Part shown: positions 9,205 through 18,392 of the stretch, piece after piece
Numbering within the stretch: position 1 is the stretch's first letter
How the letters are laid out: every line of letters begins with the position of its first letter
Origin: a virus
Lineage: Duplodnaviria > Caudoviricetes
Reading direction: 5' to 3' (one strand)
Virus record (IMG/VR): IMGVR_UViG_3300043036_000135
Location: 1-30,162 of that record
DNA: 30,162 nt
The notes under the pieces: model-generated
What the model was told of the DNA's origin: nothing
Seen by the model: only the letters and a program-made list of their open reading frames with translations
Databases searched by the model: none
Translations under genes and position numbers: made by a program

Positions 9205-9758
9205 GCATCCGCTTAATCACGGCGGCGTCTAGCTATCCCGTCACGCTAGACGAGGCCAAGGCGCAATGCCGCATCGATAGCAGCGACGAGGATGCGCTGA
9301 TTAACGGCTTGATTGCCGCCGCAACCGATTATGTCGAACTTTACACAGGCCGAGCAATCGCAACGCAGACATGGGAATATGTCGCAGACGGATTTTGCGA
9401 TGTCATGGCGCTGACAAAGGGGCCGGTTACTTCGGTCACGTCGGTTAAATATTTCGATATTGACGCGGTGGAGCAGACGCTTTCGGCCACGTTTTACACG
9501 GTTGATTTTGCAAGCGACCCGCAGCGGGTTGTCTTGAACGATGGCTTCCAATGGCCTGCCGTTGACGCTGGCGTAAACAAGGTAACTATCCGCTTTGTGG
9601 CTGGTTATACAACCGTCCCGCCGTCAATTAAACACGCGATACTGTTATTGATAGGGCAGTGGTTTGATAACCGCGCAGACGTTGCCGACAAGGCCATGTT
9701 TGCCACACCTAACGCGGTTACATCCCTGCTCACAAATTACCGTAGTTTTTCATTTTAG
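9201..9758 (+). CDS. Head-tail connector (gp6-like)
   Basis: PVTLDEAKAQCRID...EDALI..LI.AA; VPPSIKHAILLLIGQWFDNR. Confidence 0.92.
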   Translation: MSIRLITAASSYPVTLDEAKAQCRIDSSDEDALINGLIAAATDYVELYTGRAIATQTWEYVADGFCDVMALTKGPVTSVTSVKYFDIDAVEQTLSATFYTVDFASDPQRVVLNDGFQWPAVDAGVNKVTIRFVAGYTTVPPSIKHAILLLIGQWFDNRADVADKAMFATPNAVTSLLTNYRSFSF

Positions 9759-9770
9759 GGAGTAAATATA

Positions 9771-10184
9771 ATGGCTGATTTGAGTATCACTGCCGCAAAC
9801 GTGGCAGCGGGTTCGGGCGCAATGAAAGTTACCGGCACGGCGGGGGCAACTGTCACCGCTGGCCAAGTCGTTTATTTCGACGCAGCGGACAGCAAGTATA
9901 AGCTTGCGGACACGGATAGCGCGACTGCGGCTGTACGGTCGCCGGTTGGCGTTGCGTTGAATGGCGCATCAAACGGCCAGCCATTGACGGTTCTAACGTC
10001 CGGCCCTGTCACCATCGGTGCGACTGTCGCTGTTGGCGATGTTTACTATTTGAGCGGCACTGCGGGCGGTCTTGCACCATTCGCAGACGTGGCGGCTGGT
10101 GATTATCCCTGTATCATCGGGATCTGCACTTCGACTTCGGTTCTGAACGTGAAAATTCAAGAAGCGGGCGCGGTTAAAGTCTAA
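9771..10184 (+). CDS. Hypothetical virion protein, possible capsid decoration/cement
   Basis: MADLSITAANV; AGATVTAGQVVY...GVALN...YYLS.TAG pattern; GGAG RBS. Confidence 0.6.
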   Translation: MADLSITAANVAAGSGAMKVTGTAGATVTAGQVVYFDAADSKYKLADTDSATAAVRSPVGVALNGASNGQPLTVLTSGPVTIGATVAVGDVYYLSGTAGGLAPFADVAAGDYPCIIGICTSTSVLNVKIQEAGAVKV

Positions 10185-10519
10185 TGGACGCGGGCGAGTT
10201 CGACCGGACAATTGAGTTGTTCTCGCCCACCGATGGCGTTGATGACGGCTACACGACTATTCCGGCGGGATTTGCAACCCAAGGCACTCGGAAAGCCAAA
10301 TACATTCCAGCCATGCGCCGCGAGATATTTGAAGCGGCAGGGCGCGAGGCCAAGTTGCCGGTTGTCTTTGAGGTTCGCAGCGACACGCTAACACGCCAGA
10401 TCGATGAGACATGGCGGATTAGTTTTGAGGGCGACGTTTACGATTGCAAAGGCGTTCAGCAAGTCGGGCGGCGCAAGTTCATCCGCATCGAGGTAATGGG
10501 GGCAGATAACGGGCTGTGA
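10184..10519 (+). CDS. Head closure/head-tail adaptor
   Basis: MDAGEFDRTIEL..., WRI.FEG.VYD; SPP1 gp16-like size and position. Confidence 0.85.
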   Translation: MDAGEFDRTIELFSPTDGVDDGYTTIPAGFATQGTRKAKYIPAMRREIFEAAGREAKLPVVFEVRSDTLTRQIDETWRISFEGDVYDCKGVQQVGRRKFIRIEVMGADNGL

Positions 10520-10965
10520 CGGTAAAATTAGAGGGCTTCAGAGAACTTGAGGCCGCTCTCGCGCAGCTACCGAAATCGACTGGCAAAAACGTCCTGCGGC
10601 GGGTTGCCAAGGGCGCGCTTGAGCCGATGGCGGACAAAGCGCGGGGCATGGCACCGATTGACCAGGGCGACTTGAAAGCAGCCATTATGGTTTCGGAAAA
10701 GCGCACCAAGCGGGTCACAAGAATAAACAGGTTCGACAAAAACACCGGCATTGAAATGGCGATGGGTCCGGTGTCCGGCAAAGGCGTCCTGAATTATGCG
10801 ACCTTTGCGGAGTTCGGCACAAACGACACGCGGGCAACGCCATTTATGAGGCCATCATGGGAGGGCGGCAAGAATGAAGCTCTCGAATATGTGAAGTCCA
10901 ATCTGGGGCTTGAAATTGAAAAGGCTGCAAAGCGGCTGGCAAAGAAAGCAGCGAGGGCCGGATAA
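10516..10965 (+). CDS. HK97 gp10-like tail completion protein
   Basis: V.LEGFRELEAAL, APIDQGDLK, EFGT....A.PFMRP. Confidence 0.9.
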   Translation: MTVKLEGFRELEAALAQLPKSTGKNVLRRVAKGALEPMADKARGMAPIDQGDLKAAIMVSEKRTKRVTRINRFDKNTGIEMAMGPVSGKGVLNYATFAEFGTNDTRATPFMRPSWEGGKNEALEYVKSNLGLEIEKAAKRLAKKAARAG

Positions 10966-11363
10966 TGGCAGACTTTCAGGCAGGGGTTCGCGCTCGATTG
11001 CTGGCCAATGGGCTGGTGACCGGCTCGGTAGGATCACGCATAGATTGGGGGCAGCGTCCGCAAGGGGCGGCTTATCCGGCAATCGTATTGCAGACGATCA
11101 GCGATGCGCGTCCGGCGCATTTGAAGGATTATCAGGAAACGCGCTCGACGCTCATTCAGCTCGACGTTTACGCAACCACTTACGCGGCAGCGCTTTCGAT
11201 AGCGCGCAACGCAATCGCAGTTCTCAAGGCTCCAACAACAATCAGCGGAAAGGTGTTCGGTCCGGCATTTGTCGACAGCCAGCGCGATACCGTGGAGCCT
11301 TCAGGAACGACAAACATTTATCGGCAATCCGTCGATTTGCAAATTTGGCACGTAGGAGATTAA
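10965..11363 (+). CDS. Tail terminator (DUF3168-like)
   Basis: RPQG..YPAIVLQTIS, IQLDVYA; directly upstream of the tail tube gene. Confidence 0.85.
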   Translation: MADFQAGVRARLLANGLVTGSVGSRIDWGQRPQGAAYPAIVLQTISDARPAHLKDYQETRSTLIQLDVYATTYAAALSIARNAIAVLKAPTTISGKVFGPAFVDSQRDTVEPSGTTNIYRQSVDLQIWHVGD

Positions 11364-11366
11364 ATC

Positions 11367-11813
11367 ATGGCAGAAACACAGGCCGCGTCCGTTGGTTACA
11401 TGGGGGCAGTTTCCCTCTACAACGGCACAACCCTTTATGAATTGCGCGAAGTCAAAGGCTTTGACATTCCGAACCTCGGTGAGCGCGAACAGGTCGAGAC
11501 CACTCACCTGAAGTCGACCGATTGGCGGCGCACCTATGTCAGCACCTTTTATGAAGATTCTGACTTCAACGTCATGCTGAACTTCCGTCCGCTTTCGGAC
11601 ACCGACGTTTTGTTGGCTGATGCGCTTGGCGATGGTGACATTCGGACAATGAAAATCGTTCTGCCTGAAAATGGCGTTCCGGTTGCACAGATCGAACTGA
11701 CTGCGCGTTGCATCAATTATTCGCGCGGCGAAGTTTCGCCAAATGACGTGATGGAAGCAACAGCAACTTTCCGCGTTGTTACCATCGACGCGATTGAGGC
11801 TTATGTCGCATGA
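11367..11813 (+). CDS. Tail tube (major tail) protein
   Basis: 148 aa; EQVETTHLKS..WRRTY; position; AGGAG RBS. Confidence 0.85.
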   Translation: MAETQAASVGYMGAVSLYNGTTLYELREVKGFDIPNLGEREQVETTHLKSTDWRRTYVSTFYEDSDFNVMLNFRPLSDTDVLLADALGDGDIRTMKIVLPENGVPVAQIELTARCINYSRGEVSPNDVMEATATFRVVTIDAIEAYVA

Positions 11814-12160
11814 TAAGGGGTGAGGCTGCAGCCACACTTTCTGACGGACGTACTCTGACGCTGGCAATGGGGTTTCGCGCCCTTGCGTCGGCGTCAGCGG
11901 AAACCGGAATCCCTGCCTCTGAAATCTTCAGCGTTCTGCAAAAAGACGATGGCCGGCAGATGCTTGCATTGCTTGCCCTCATTGAAGGTTCGCTGAAAAA
12001 GTATCACCGCGACATCGGTCCGGATGAGGTCGACGACCTTATGCTCACTGATTCCGAAGTGCTTTCTGAAGCTATGTCGAAGGCCATGAACGGCGCGTTC
12101 GGTGATAGCGACGATAAAGCAGAAGCGGGAAACGCTCCGAATGGGACTGGGACGCACTAG
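11810..12160 (+). CDS. Tail assembly chaperone (gpG analog)
   Basis: Between tube and tape measure genes; in-frame slippery site near the 3' end. Confidence 0.85.
   Translation: MIRGEAAATLSDGRTLTLAMGFRALASASAETGIPASEIFSVLQKDDGRQMLALLALIEGSLKKYHRDIGPDEVDDLMLTDSEVLSEAMSKAMNGAFGDSDDKAEAGNAPNGTGTH
12127..12133 (+). promoter_or_regulatory. Programmed -1 frameshift site G_GGA_AAC
   Basis: X_XXY_YYZ heptamer in the correct phase; the -1 frame is open to 12426. Confidence 0.9.
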
Positions 12161-12426
12161 AAACCAACTGGGCGCAAGCAGGGTTGGACCCCGGGCAGTT
12201 TTGGGACCAAACCCCTCGCTCTTATGCCAACGTCATGCGTGGGCGAATTAAGGGCGATCAAGAGCGCATCCTGACGCTTGCCCATCAAGTTGAAATGTTT
12301 GCGCGTCAAAAGTCCTTGCGGGCATTGTCGCACTATCTCGAAACCGAACAGCAAAAAGCAGACAACGGCGCGGCGAAAGTCTTGTCGTTGTTCCGGCGGC
12401 TGGCAGAAAAGGGCAAAACCGAATGA
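12127..12426 (+). CDS. Tail assembly chaperone C-terminal part (gpT analog, expressed by frameshift)
   Basis: -1 frame reads RSEWDWDALETNWAQAGLDPGQFWDQTPRSY...; ATGA overlap with the tape measure gene. Confidence 0.85.
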   Translation, partial: GKRSEWDWDALETNWAQAGLDPGQFWDQTPRSYANVMRGRIKGDQERILTLAHQVEMFARQKSLRALSHYLETEQQKADNGAAKVLSLFRRLAEKGKTE

Positions 12427-14087
12427 GTACGATGATCGGTAACCTCTCTGTCAATTTGCAGATGAACACGGCGGCTTTCCAAAAGGGTGCCACTTTAGCG
12501 GAAAAGCGCGCCGAAACACTGTCGGCTCGGATGAAGGGAATCGGTCAAAGCGTCAAAGGCCTGGGCGCCGGTCTTGCGGCTGGCTTTGCTGTTGCCGGTG
12601 TTAGCAGCCTTGCCAGCGATGCCTTTGCGATGGCGAGTGCGTTAAGCGAAGCGGCGGCACAAACTGGCGTCACTGTCGAGCAATTGCAGCGGCTCCGATT
12701 GGCAGCAGCTCAGAACGGCAGCAGCGCAGACGCAATGGACAAATCATTGTCGCGCCTGTCGGTCAAATTGGGTGAAGCACAGTCGGGCTCGAAGTCGGCG
12801 GCGGAAGCCTTTACAAATCTCGGCATTTCAGTCGAGCAGTTAAAAGGATTGAATGCCGGTGACGCGTTCGCGCTGATCACTGACAAGATTTCGCAAATCA
12901 AAGATCCCACGCTTCAGGCGGCATATGCAAAGCAGATATTCGGCAAATCGGCAGCAGAATTGCTCCCCATCCTGAAGGCAGGAACTGTCGCGCTTGACGA
13001 GGCAACGGCGGCATCAAAGCGCAATGGCGAAATCTCAACAGAGGACGCGGCCAAGCTCGATGAATTGGCCGATAGTTGGGATATGCTGAAAACCCGCGTC
13101 GGTGTGGGTGTGGCCAATCTTATTGCCAGCACAGCGCGCGGCGTCGAGGCGTTTGACAATTTCTTTAAGCCGATAAACCAATGGGCAAAAGAGTTCGACG
13201 CCAATTTCGTTCGCATGGCATCAAGCGCGATTGCGTCCGTTCGAAACATGGTTTCAAATATCGGCATAGCGCTGGCGAACCTTGGCGCTTCACTGGTACA
13301 AGTCGGGCGCGATATGGTGGCGGGGCTTGTTCGCGGTATCAAAGCCGCGCCGGGCGCCGTTTCTGACGCGCTCAAGTCGGTCGTTTCGTCTGGCGTGACC
13401 AATGTTAAATCCTACCTTGGGATTAAATCGCCTTCCCGCCTGTTTATGCAAATGGGTGGCTATGTCTCTGAAGGCTTCGCCCTCGGCATCACGAATGCAA
13501 AATCAAAAGTCGATCAGGCAATGCGCGGCCTTGGCACTGGATTGGATATTGCAGGGCAAGGGATTGCAGATCTGGCGAATGAAAACGCCGACAATCTTGA
13601 ATTCGCAAACGTGCGCGTCGTTAAATCATTCGCAGACACCGCTCGTGACGTTCTCAGCTCGATTAGTGGATTGGCGCAGTCTATTAAGGGTGGCGGGTTT
13701 CTCGGCATTCTGGAAGGCGTTGCGGGGCTTTTCCTGTCGCTTGGCGGGGCGGGTGTATTCGGCAGCAAACTGCAAACCAATATCAACAAGCCAGCGGGAC
13801 GCGCGCGCGGCGGGGCAATGACCTCGAACCGCTCCTATCTGGTGGGCGAACACGGACCTGAAATTATGACTATGGGTGGGCGCCCTGGCTACATGACACC
13901 GAACAACAAAATGGGCGGCGGCGGTCGCGCTTCTACGGTTCAAATTATCCCGTCCAAATACTTTGACGTTGTGGTTGATGGCCGTGCGCAACGGCAAGTC
14001 GCAGCGGGTGCACCGGGCATCGCAACAGCGGCGGCAGCGGGCGTTCAAACCAATATGCAGCAAAGCAATTTCAGGACGCTCCCATGA
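12423..14087 (+). CDS. Tape measure protein
   Basis: 554 aa, Ala/Gly helical; IGNLSVNL N-terminus, LGIKSPSR, RARGG...YLVGEHGPE. Confidence 0.93.
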   Translation: MSTMIGNLSVNLQMNTAAFQKGATLAEKRAETLSARMKGIGQSVKGLGAGLAAGFAVAGVSSLASDAFAMASALSEAAAQTGVTVEQLQRLRLAAAQNGSSADAMDKSLSRLSVKLGEAQSGSKSAAEAFTNLGISVEQLKGLNAGDAFALITDKISQIKDPTLQAAYAKQIFGKSAAELLPILKAGTVALDEATAASKRNGEISTEDAAKLDELADSWDMLKTRVGVGVANLIASTARGVEAFDNFFKPINQWAKEFDANFVRMASSAIASVRNMVSNIGIALANLGASLVQVGRDMVAGLVRGIKAAPGAVSDALKSVVSSGVTNVKSYLGIKSPSRLFMQMGGYVSEGFALGITNAKSKVDQAMRGLGTGLDIAGQGIADLANENADNLEFANVRVVKSFADTARDVLSSISGLAQSIKGGGFLGILEGVAGLFLSLGGAGVFGSKLQTNINKPAGRARGGAMTSNRSYLVGEHGPEIMTMGGRPGYMTPNNKMGGGGRASTVQIIPSKYFDVVVDGRAQRQVAAGAPGIATAAAAGVQTNMQQSNFRTLP

Positions 14088-14674
14088 TTGAGTTCCCTGA
14101 TAACATATCGCCAAACGGTGCAACGCCAACACTTGTCGATTATGGCGGCGTCTTACGGTCGGCAATCGGCGGCGCAACGCAGAAGATTGACCGGCTAGGC
14201 TCACGGTTTCGGGTTGAATTAACCTATCCGCCAATGACTGAAGTGGATGGGCGCATTTTCGTATCAAGGCTCATTCGTGCCAAGCGCGAAGGGTTGCGGG
14301 TCGAATATCCATTGCTCTCGGTCGATCAGGGCTTGCCCGGTGCGCCAAAGGTGAACGGCGCGGGTCAAACTGGCTTCACGCTTGTAGCTGACGGCTTCAC
14401 TCCAAACTATGTCGGCAAAGAAGGTTTCTGGTTTTCGATTGAAAGTGCGGGCCAACATTATCTGCACAACGTGACGGCAAACTTCTCAGCGGATGCGGCT
14501 GGCGCGGCAACGATAAGCATCTTTCCAGCCATGCGGATTCCGTTTCTGGATAACGACACGCTTCATTTCGCCAAGCCAATGATCGAAGGGCTGGTCGACG
14601 GTGACGAAATAGGCTGGCAGATGAGCATTGCCCACCTGATTGAGTTCTCGGTCACGATTGAGGAAGCGCGCTAA
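14084..14674 (+). CDS. Distal tail protein (putative)
   Basis: Directly after the TMP gene; Q.IDRLGSRF.V.LTYPPM pattern. Confidence 0.7.
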   Translation: MIEFPDNISPNGATPTLVDYGGVLRSAIGGATQKIDRLGSRFRVELTYPPMTEVDGRIFVSRLIRAKREGLRVEYPLLSVDQGLPGAPKVNGAGQTGFTLVADGFTPNYVGKEGFWFSIESAGQHYLHNVTANFSADAAGAATISIFPAMRIPFLDNDTLHFAKPMIEGLVDGDEIGWQMSIAHLIEFSVTIEEAR

Positions 14675-15279
14675 TGGAGCGCATCACCCTTTGCGGCCTG
14701 ATAAAGATTGAGCTTCCCACTTACACAGTACTGATTTGCGATGGCGGTTTCGTTTATTACGACGGCGACACGTACCAGAGCGCCGATGATGAATTCGGCG
14801 TCATTTCCGGCTTTGAAATCAGCGGCACGGCACCAGATCAGGCACCGGGCGGGAAGATTACATTCCTGACGCCAAGCGCAGACGCAGCGGCACAATTGGT
14901 TTCGCCGGGGTTCCAGACTTCAAAGCTGTCAATCTGGCTGGCTGAAATAGACGAAGCGACTGCAACGGTTATCGGGACGCCAACGGTTCTGACATTGGCG
15001 CAGCTCGACCGTGGCGTGATCTCGGAAACGATGCGGAGCCGCGAGGTTGCGCTTGAGTTCGTGAGCCTTGGCGAACGGTTGATGACCATAAACGAAGGCA
15101 ACAGCTTGAACGGCACTTTCCACAAGCGGATTTTCTCGGGGGAACTCGGCTTGGATAACGCGATTGGCATGGGCGTGACTGTCGCATGGGGCGCAGCGGG
15201 TCCGGCGCGCGGTGTGACGGTCGGGTCAAGCGGCGGCGGTCGTGGATTTAGCGGCGGTGGACAGGTGAGAGAACAATGA
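14674..15279 (+). CDS. Minor tail/hub protein
   Basis: Position between Dit and the NlpC-like gene; C-terminal H.RIFSGE.G......V.WG. Confidence 0.7.
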   Translation: MERITLCGLIKIELPTYTVLICDGGFVYYDGDTYQSADDEFGVISGFEISGTAPDQAPGGKITFLTPSADAAAQLVSPGFQTSKLSIWLAEIDEATATVIGTPTVLTLAQLDRGVISETMRSREVALEFVSLGERLMTINEGNSLNGTFHKRIFSGELGLDNAIGMGVTVAWGAAGPARGVTVGSSGGGRGFSGGGQVREQ

Positions 15280-15686
15280 AACTGACCGAACGCAAGAAGC
15301 GCACAGAAAAGACGCTGGCAAAGTTTCGCGGTCGCGGCTTTAAATGGGACGGCGGCGCAACGTGCATCCACCTATTTCGAACGCACCTGAAGAATATGGG
15401 CCACAAGGTTCCGGTCGTTCCAAAGTTCACAACGGCGCTCGGAGCGAAGCGCGCAATGGACGCGGCAGGGTTTAAGGATTTGGAAGCGTTGGCAGACAGC
15501 TTTCTGGAACGCATCCCACCGGCATCTATGATTTTGGGTGATATTGCGTTGATGGAGGGCGAGGAATTGTTCGACGCGCTTGTCGTTCATGCAGGAGGCG
15601 GCGGCAAGGTATTCGGCTGGCATCCTGACGCTGAGACATTCACACCGCTTGTTCCTTTGCAATTCAAAGCGGCTTGGAGAGTCTAA
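15276..15686 (+). CDS. NlpC/P60-like tail tip assembly protein
   Basis: FKWDGGATC, GDIAL and terminal AWRV motifs; lambda gpK-like position. Confidence 0.75.
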   Translation: MKLTERKKRTEKTLAKFRGRGFKWDGGATCIHLFRTHLKNMGHKVPVVPKFTTALGAKRAMDAAGFKDLEALADSFLERIPPASMILGDIALMEGEELFDALVVHAGGGGKVFGWHPDAETFTPLVPLQFKAAWRV

Positions 15687-17987
15687 ATGTCGAAGGTAGC
15701 CCGCATTGTAGCAAAAGTCGCCTCGGTCGTTGCAATTGTCGCGGCTGTTGCGGCTGCGGTAACTGGCAACCCTGCACTGGCTGCGCTGTTACTAAAGGTT
15801 TCGGCGGTTGCGGGTGCTGTCGGCGCGGTTGCTGGTACGGTCGCGCAGATGACGGCCAAAAAGCCTCCGGCGCGCGGCAGCCCTAATTTAATAACTATCG
15901 GCGCAAATCAGCCCATGCCCATCGTTCTCGGTGAGACTTACATCGGCGGGAACAAGGTGCATGAAGTCGGTTACGGCGGGCTCGTTGCAAAGGTTCAGAA
16001 TCCGTACAAGTTCGAGGCCATCATTCATTCGGGCTGCGGTCCTGTCGAAGCGATTACCGGCCTTTATGCCGATTTCGCGTCTGTGCCTTTGTCTGGCACT
16101 GCGGCGACCGGCTATTTCGCGGGTTTCCTTTACGCAGATCAACAGCTCGGCGCGCGCCCTGAAAGCAATCAGCTTGCACCAAATTGGAGCGGCGCACCTG
16201 ATTGGACATCGGCGCACAAGCTATCGGGCTATGCAGCGACCGGCCTGAGCCTGAAGTTCGACAAAGACGGGAAGGTATTTGCCAGCGGCGAACCTCAGTG
16301 GGGTGTAACACTTCAAGGTGTCAAGGCTTACGACCCGCGCCTCGACAGCACCTATCCGGGCGGATCTGGAACGCAGCGCATTGATGACCGTTCAACATGG
16401 GTTTATTCAGACAATCCCGGCATTGTCGGGCTGACATACGCTTATGGCTGGTTTCACGACGGCAAGAAGCAAGGCGGAATCGGAATGCCGGTTGAAGGCA
16501 TCGACTTAGCGCGTTGGGTTGAATTTGCGAACGTCTGCGATGCGAATGCTTGGGTGCTTGGCGGTGTTGTTTATGAGCCGGGCAGTCGGTGGGATAACCT
16601 GAAAGACATTTGCGCGGCTGGCGGCGGTGAGCCTTATTTCGATCGGCATTTGCTTGGCGTCAATTACAATGCGCCTCGCGTATCATTGGACACCATCACA
16701 GCGGACGACATTGCAGACGACGGCTTTACGGTCGCGTCAGGCCGGACATGGCGTGAACGGCTGAACACAATCGCGCCAAAGTTCCGCAGCGGGGCGCACA
16801 AGTGGGAATATGTGCCGAGCGAAGATATGTTCGTTGCGGATTACATCACCGACGATGGCGAGGAAAAGCGCGAAGAAATCACGTGGAACCTTGTCCAGGA
16901 CAAAGACCAAGTTGCACAATTGGCGGCTTATGAACTGGTCAACCGGCGCGAGATTGGCCAGATCGAAGTAAGCTGCAAGCCGCGCCTTATGCGGTACACG
17001 GTTGGCGATATGCTGACGTTCGACTTGCCTGGCACTGTTATCGACGGGCTGGACGCAATCATCATCCGCCCGCCTGAAATCAATCCGGAAACCGGCCAGG
17101 TTAAACTCATTATGCTCGGCGAGACAGACGCAAAGCACGCTTTCGCATTGGGCAAGACCGGCACAGCACCGCCGGTTCCTTCATTGCTTGATACCGAAGA
17201 TGCTGACAATGTAACGGGCGGGAACTTGGACAGGGTTGTTAGCTTGTCGTCCGTTCCATCAATTACGTTCGCGGCGGATTATACGGGTGTTATTGATGCG
17301 GGATTATTGCCGACTATCATATCGCCAAGCGTAACAATGGCGGGCGCATCCATAAAGCTGGACGACGCGACGCATTACGCAATTTCGACATCTGGTGTCA
17401 CGGCAACCGTTGAAAATACAGATGGTGAGCTAGACAAGGGTAATGTCGAAATTACGGCTGTGTCTGCTAATTCTGGCTTTGTTGATTTGACCGTAACGGT
17501 CGGCGCAAACACTTATCCACCATTGCGAACTGTTATTGCAAAAAACATCGGATTGCCTCCGGGCTTTGGTGGTGCTGGTTCCAAAATTGCAAGCGACAAC
17601 AGTTTCACCGCCATAGGATCAACTAGCTACGTTGCAATTACGGACGTTTTAACAATTACAGTTGCTTCGGGTGAATCCTTATACGGCACTGCGCCATTGG
17701 ATTACATACCAGCAACGGGCGGTTCTCAAGTCTCACGCACTGCCACAATGAAATGGCAGCGCAGCCCTGTAGGCGCAGGAACTTGGACTGACTTCGGTTC
17801 TGGTATTGTCGGCACAACTTCAACGTCTGCTGATGATGGTGAGCCTGAATATGGTCATTGCGATTGCATACAAACCGCAACCACACCGGGCGCGGCTGAT
17901 TACGACATTCGGCTCGTTGCTTTGCTTTCCGCATCGGGTCGCAATGTTTCTTTCACAGGCACGGCAACAGTCGAGGCCAAGGTCTAA
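15687..17987 (+). CDS. Tail tip/central fibre (host specificity, gpJ-like)
   Basis: Hydrophobic gpI-like N-terminus, P.PIVLGET, GVKAYDPRLDST, W.YSDNP; beta-rich C-terminal domains. Confidence 0.88.
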   Translation: MSKVARIVAKVASVVAIVAAVAAAVTGNPALAALLLKVSAVAGAVGAVAGTVAQMTAKKPPARGSPNLITIGANQPMPIVLGETYIGGNKVHEVGYGGLVAKVQNPYKFEAIIHSGCGPVEAITGLYADFASVPLSGTAATGYFAGFLYADQQLGARPESNQLAPNWSGAPDWTSAHKLSGYAATGLSLKFDKDGKVFASGEPQWGVTLQGVKAYDPRLDSTYPGGSGTQRIDDRSTWVYSDNPGIVGLTYAYGWFHDGKKQGGIGMPVEGIDLARWVEFANVCDANAWVLGGVVYEPGSRWDNLKDICAAGGGEPYFDRHLLGVNYNAPRVSLDTITADDIADDGFTVASGRTWRERLNTIAPKFRSGAHKWEYVPSEDMFVADYITDDGEEKREEITWNLVQDKDQVAQLAAYELVNRREIGQIEVSCKPRLMRYTVGDMLTFDLPGTVIDGLDAIIIRPPEINPETGQVKLIMLGETDAKHAFALGKTGTAPPVPSLLDTEDADNVTGGNLDRVVSLSSVPSITFAADYTGVIDAGLLPTIISPSVTMAGASIKLDDATHYAISTSGVTATVENTDGELDKGNVEITAVSANSGFVDLTVTVGANTYPPLRTVIAKNIGLPPGFGGAGSKIASDNSFTAIGSTSYVAITDVLTITVASGESLYGTAPLDYIPATGGSQVSRTATMKWQRSPVGAGTWTDFGSGIVGTTSTSADDGEPEYGHCDCIQTATTPGAADYDIRLVALLSASGRNVSFTGTATVEAKV

Positions 17988-17999
17988 GGACACCCCAAA

Positions 18000-18392
18000 A
18001 TGATGTTAAGAGAATACGCCGCGCAATTGCGGGCGATGGGTGCTGGCTATGTTCCGCAATATGTTGGCCGTCATGTTCCGGTGAACTTCGCGTTCCTGCT
18101 TAAAGACGTCGACTATTCGACAGCGGGCGGCGCAACGTGGGCGGGAGCCGTTCGCACATTGCCTGACGCATCGGGTTCAGTCTTGGTGGATCTGACGATT
18201 ACAGCGGTCGTGCAAGGCGATGACACGCTGGTCACTGTTACATCGGTCAAGCCGGACACCTATGCGCCAGATGCGCGCAGCACGGGCGAGGCTGCACAGC
18301 TTTTTTACGACATTCACCTGACGCCAAGCGGCGGGACAAAACAAGTTCTTTTGGGTGGTGACTTTAATATCGTGGCGGGGGTTGTTCAATGA
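18000..18392 (+). CDS. Tail adaptor-like protein
   Basis: C-terminal YDI.LTPSGG.KQVLL.G.F.IV.GV pattern of small Ig-like fibre adaptors. Confidence 0.6.
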   Translation: MMLREYAAQLRAMGAGYVPQYVGRHVPVNFAFLLKDVDYSTAGGATWAGAVRTLPDASGSVLVDLTITAVVQGDDTLVTVTSVKPDTYAPDARSTGEAAQLFYDIHLTPSGGTKQVLLGGDFNIVAGVVQ

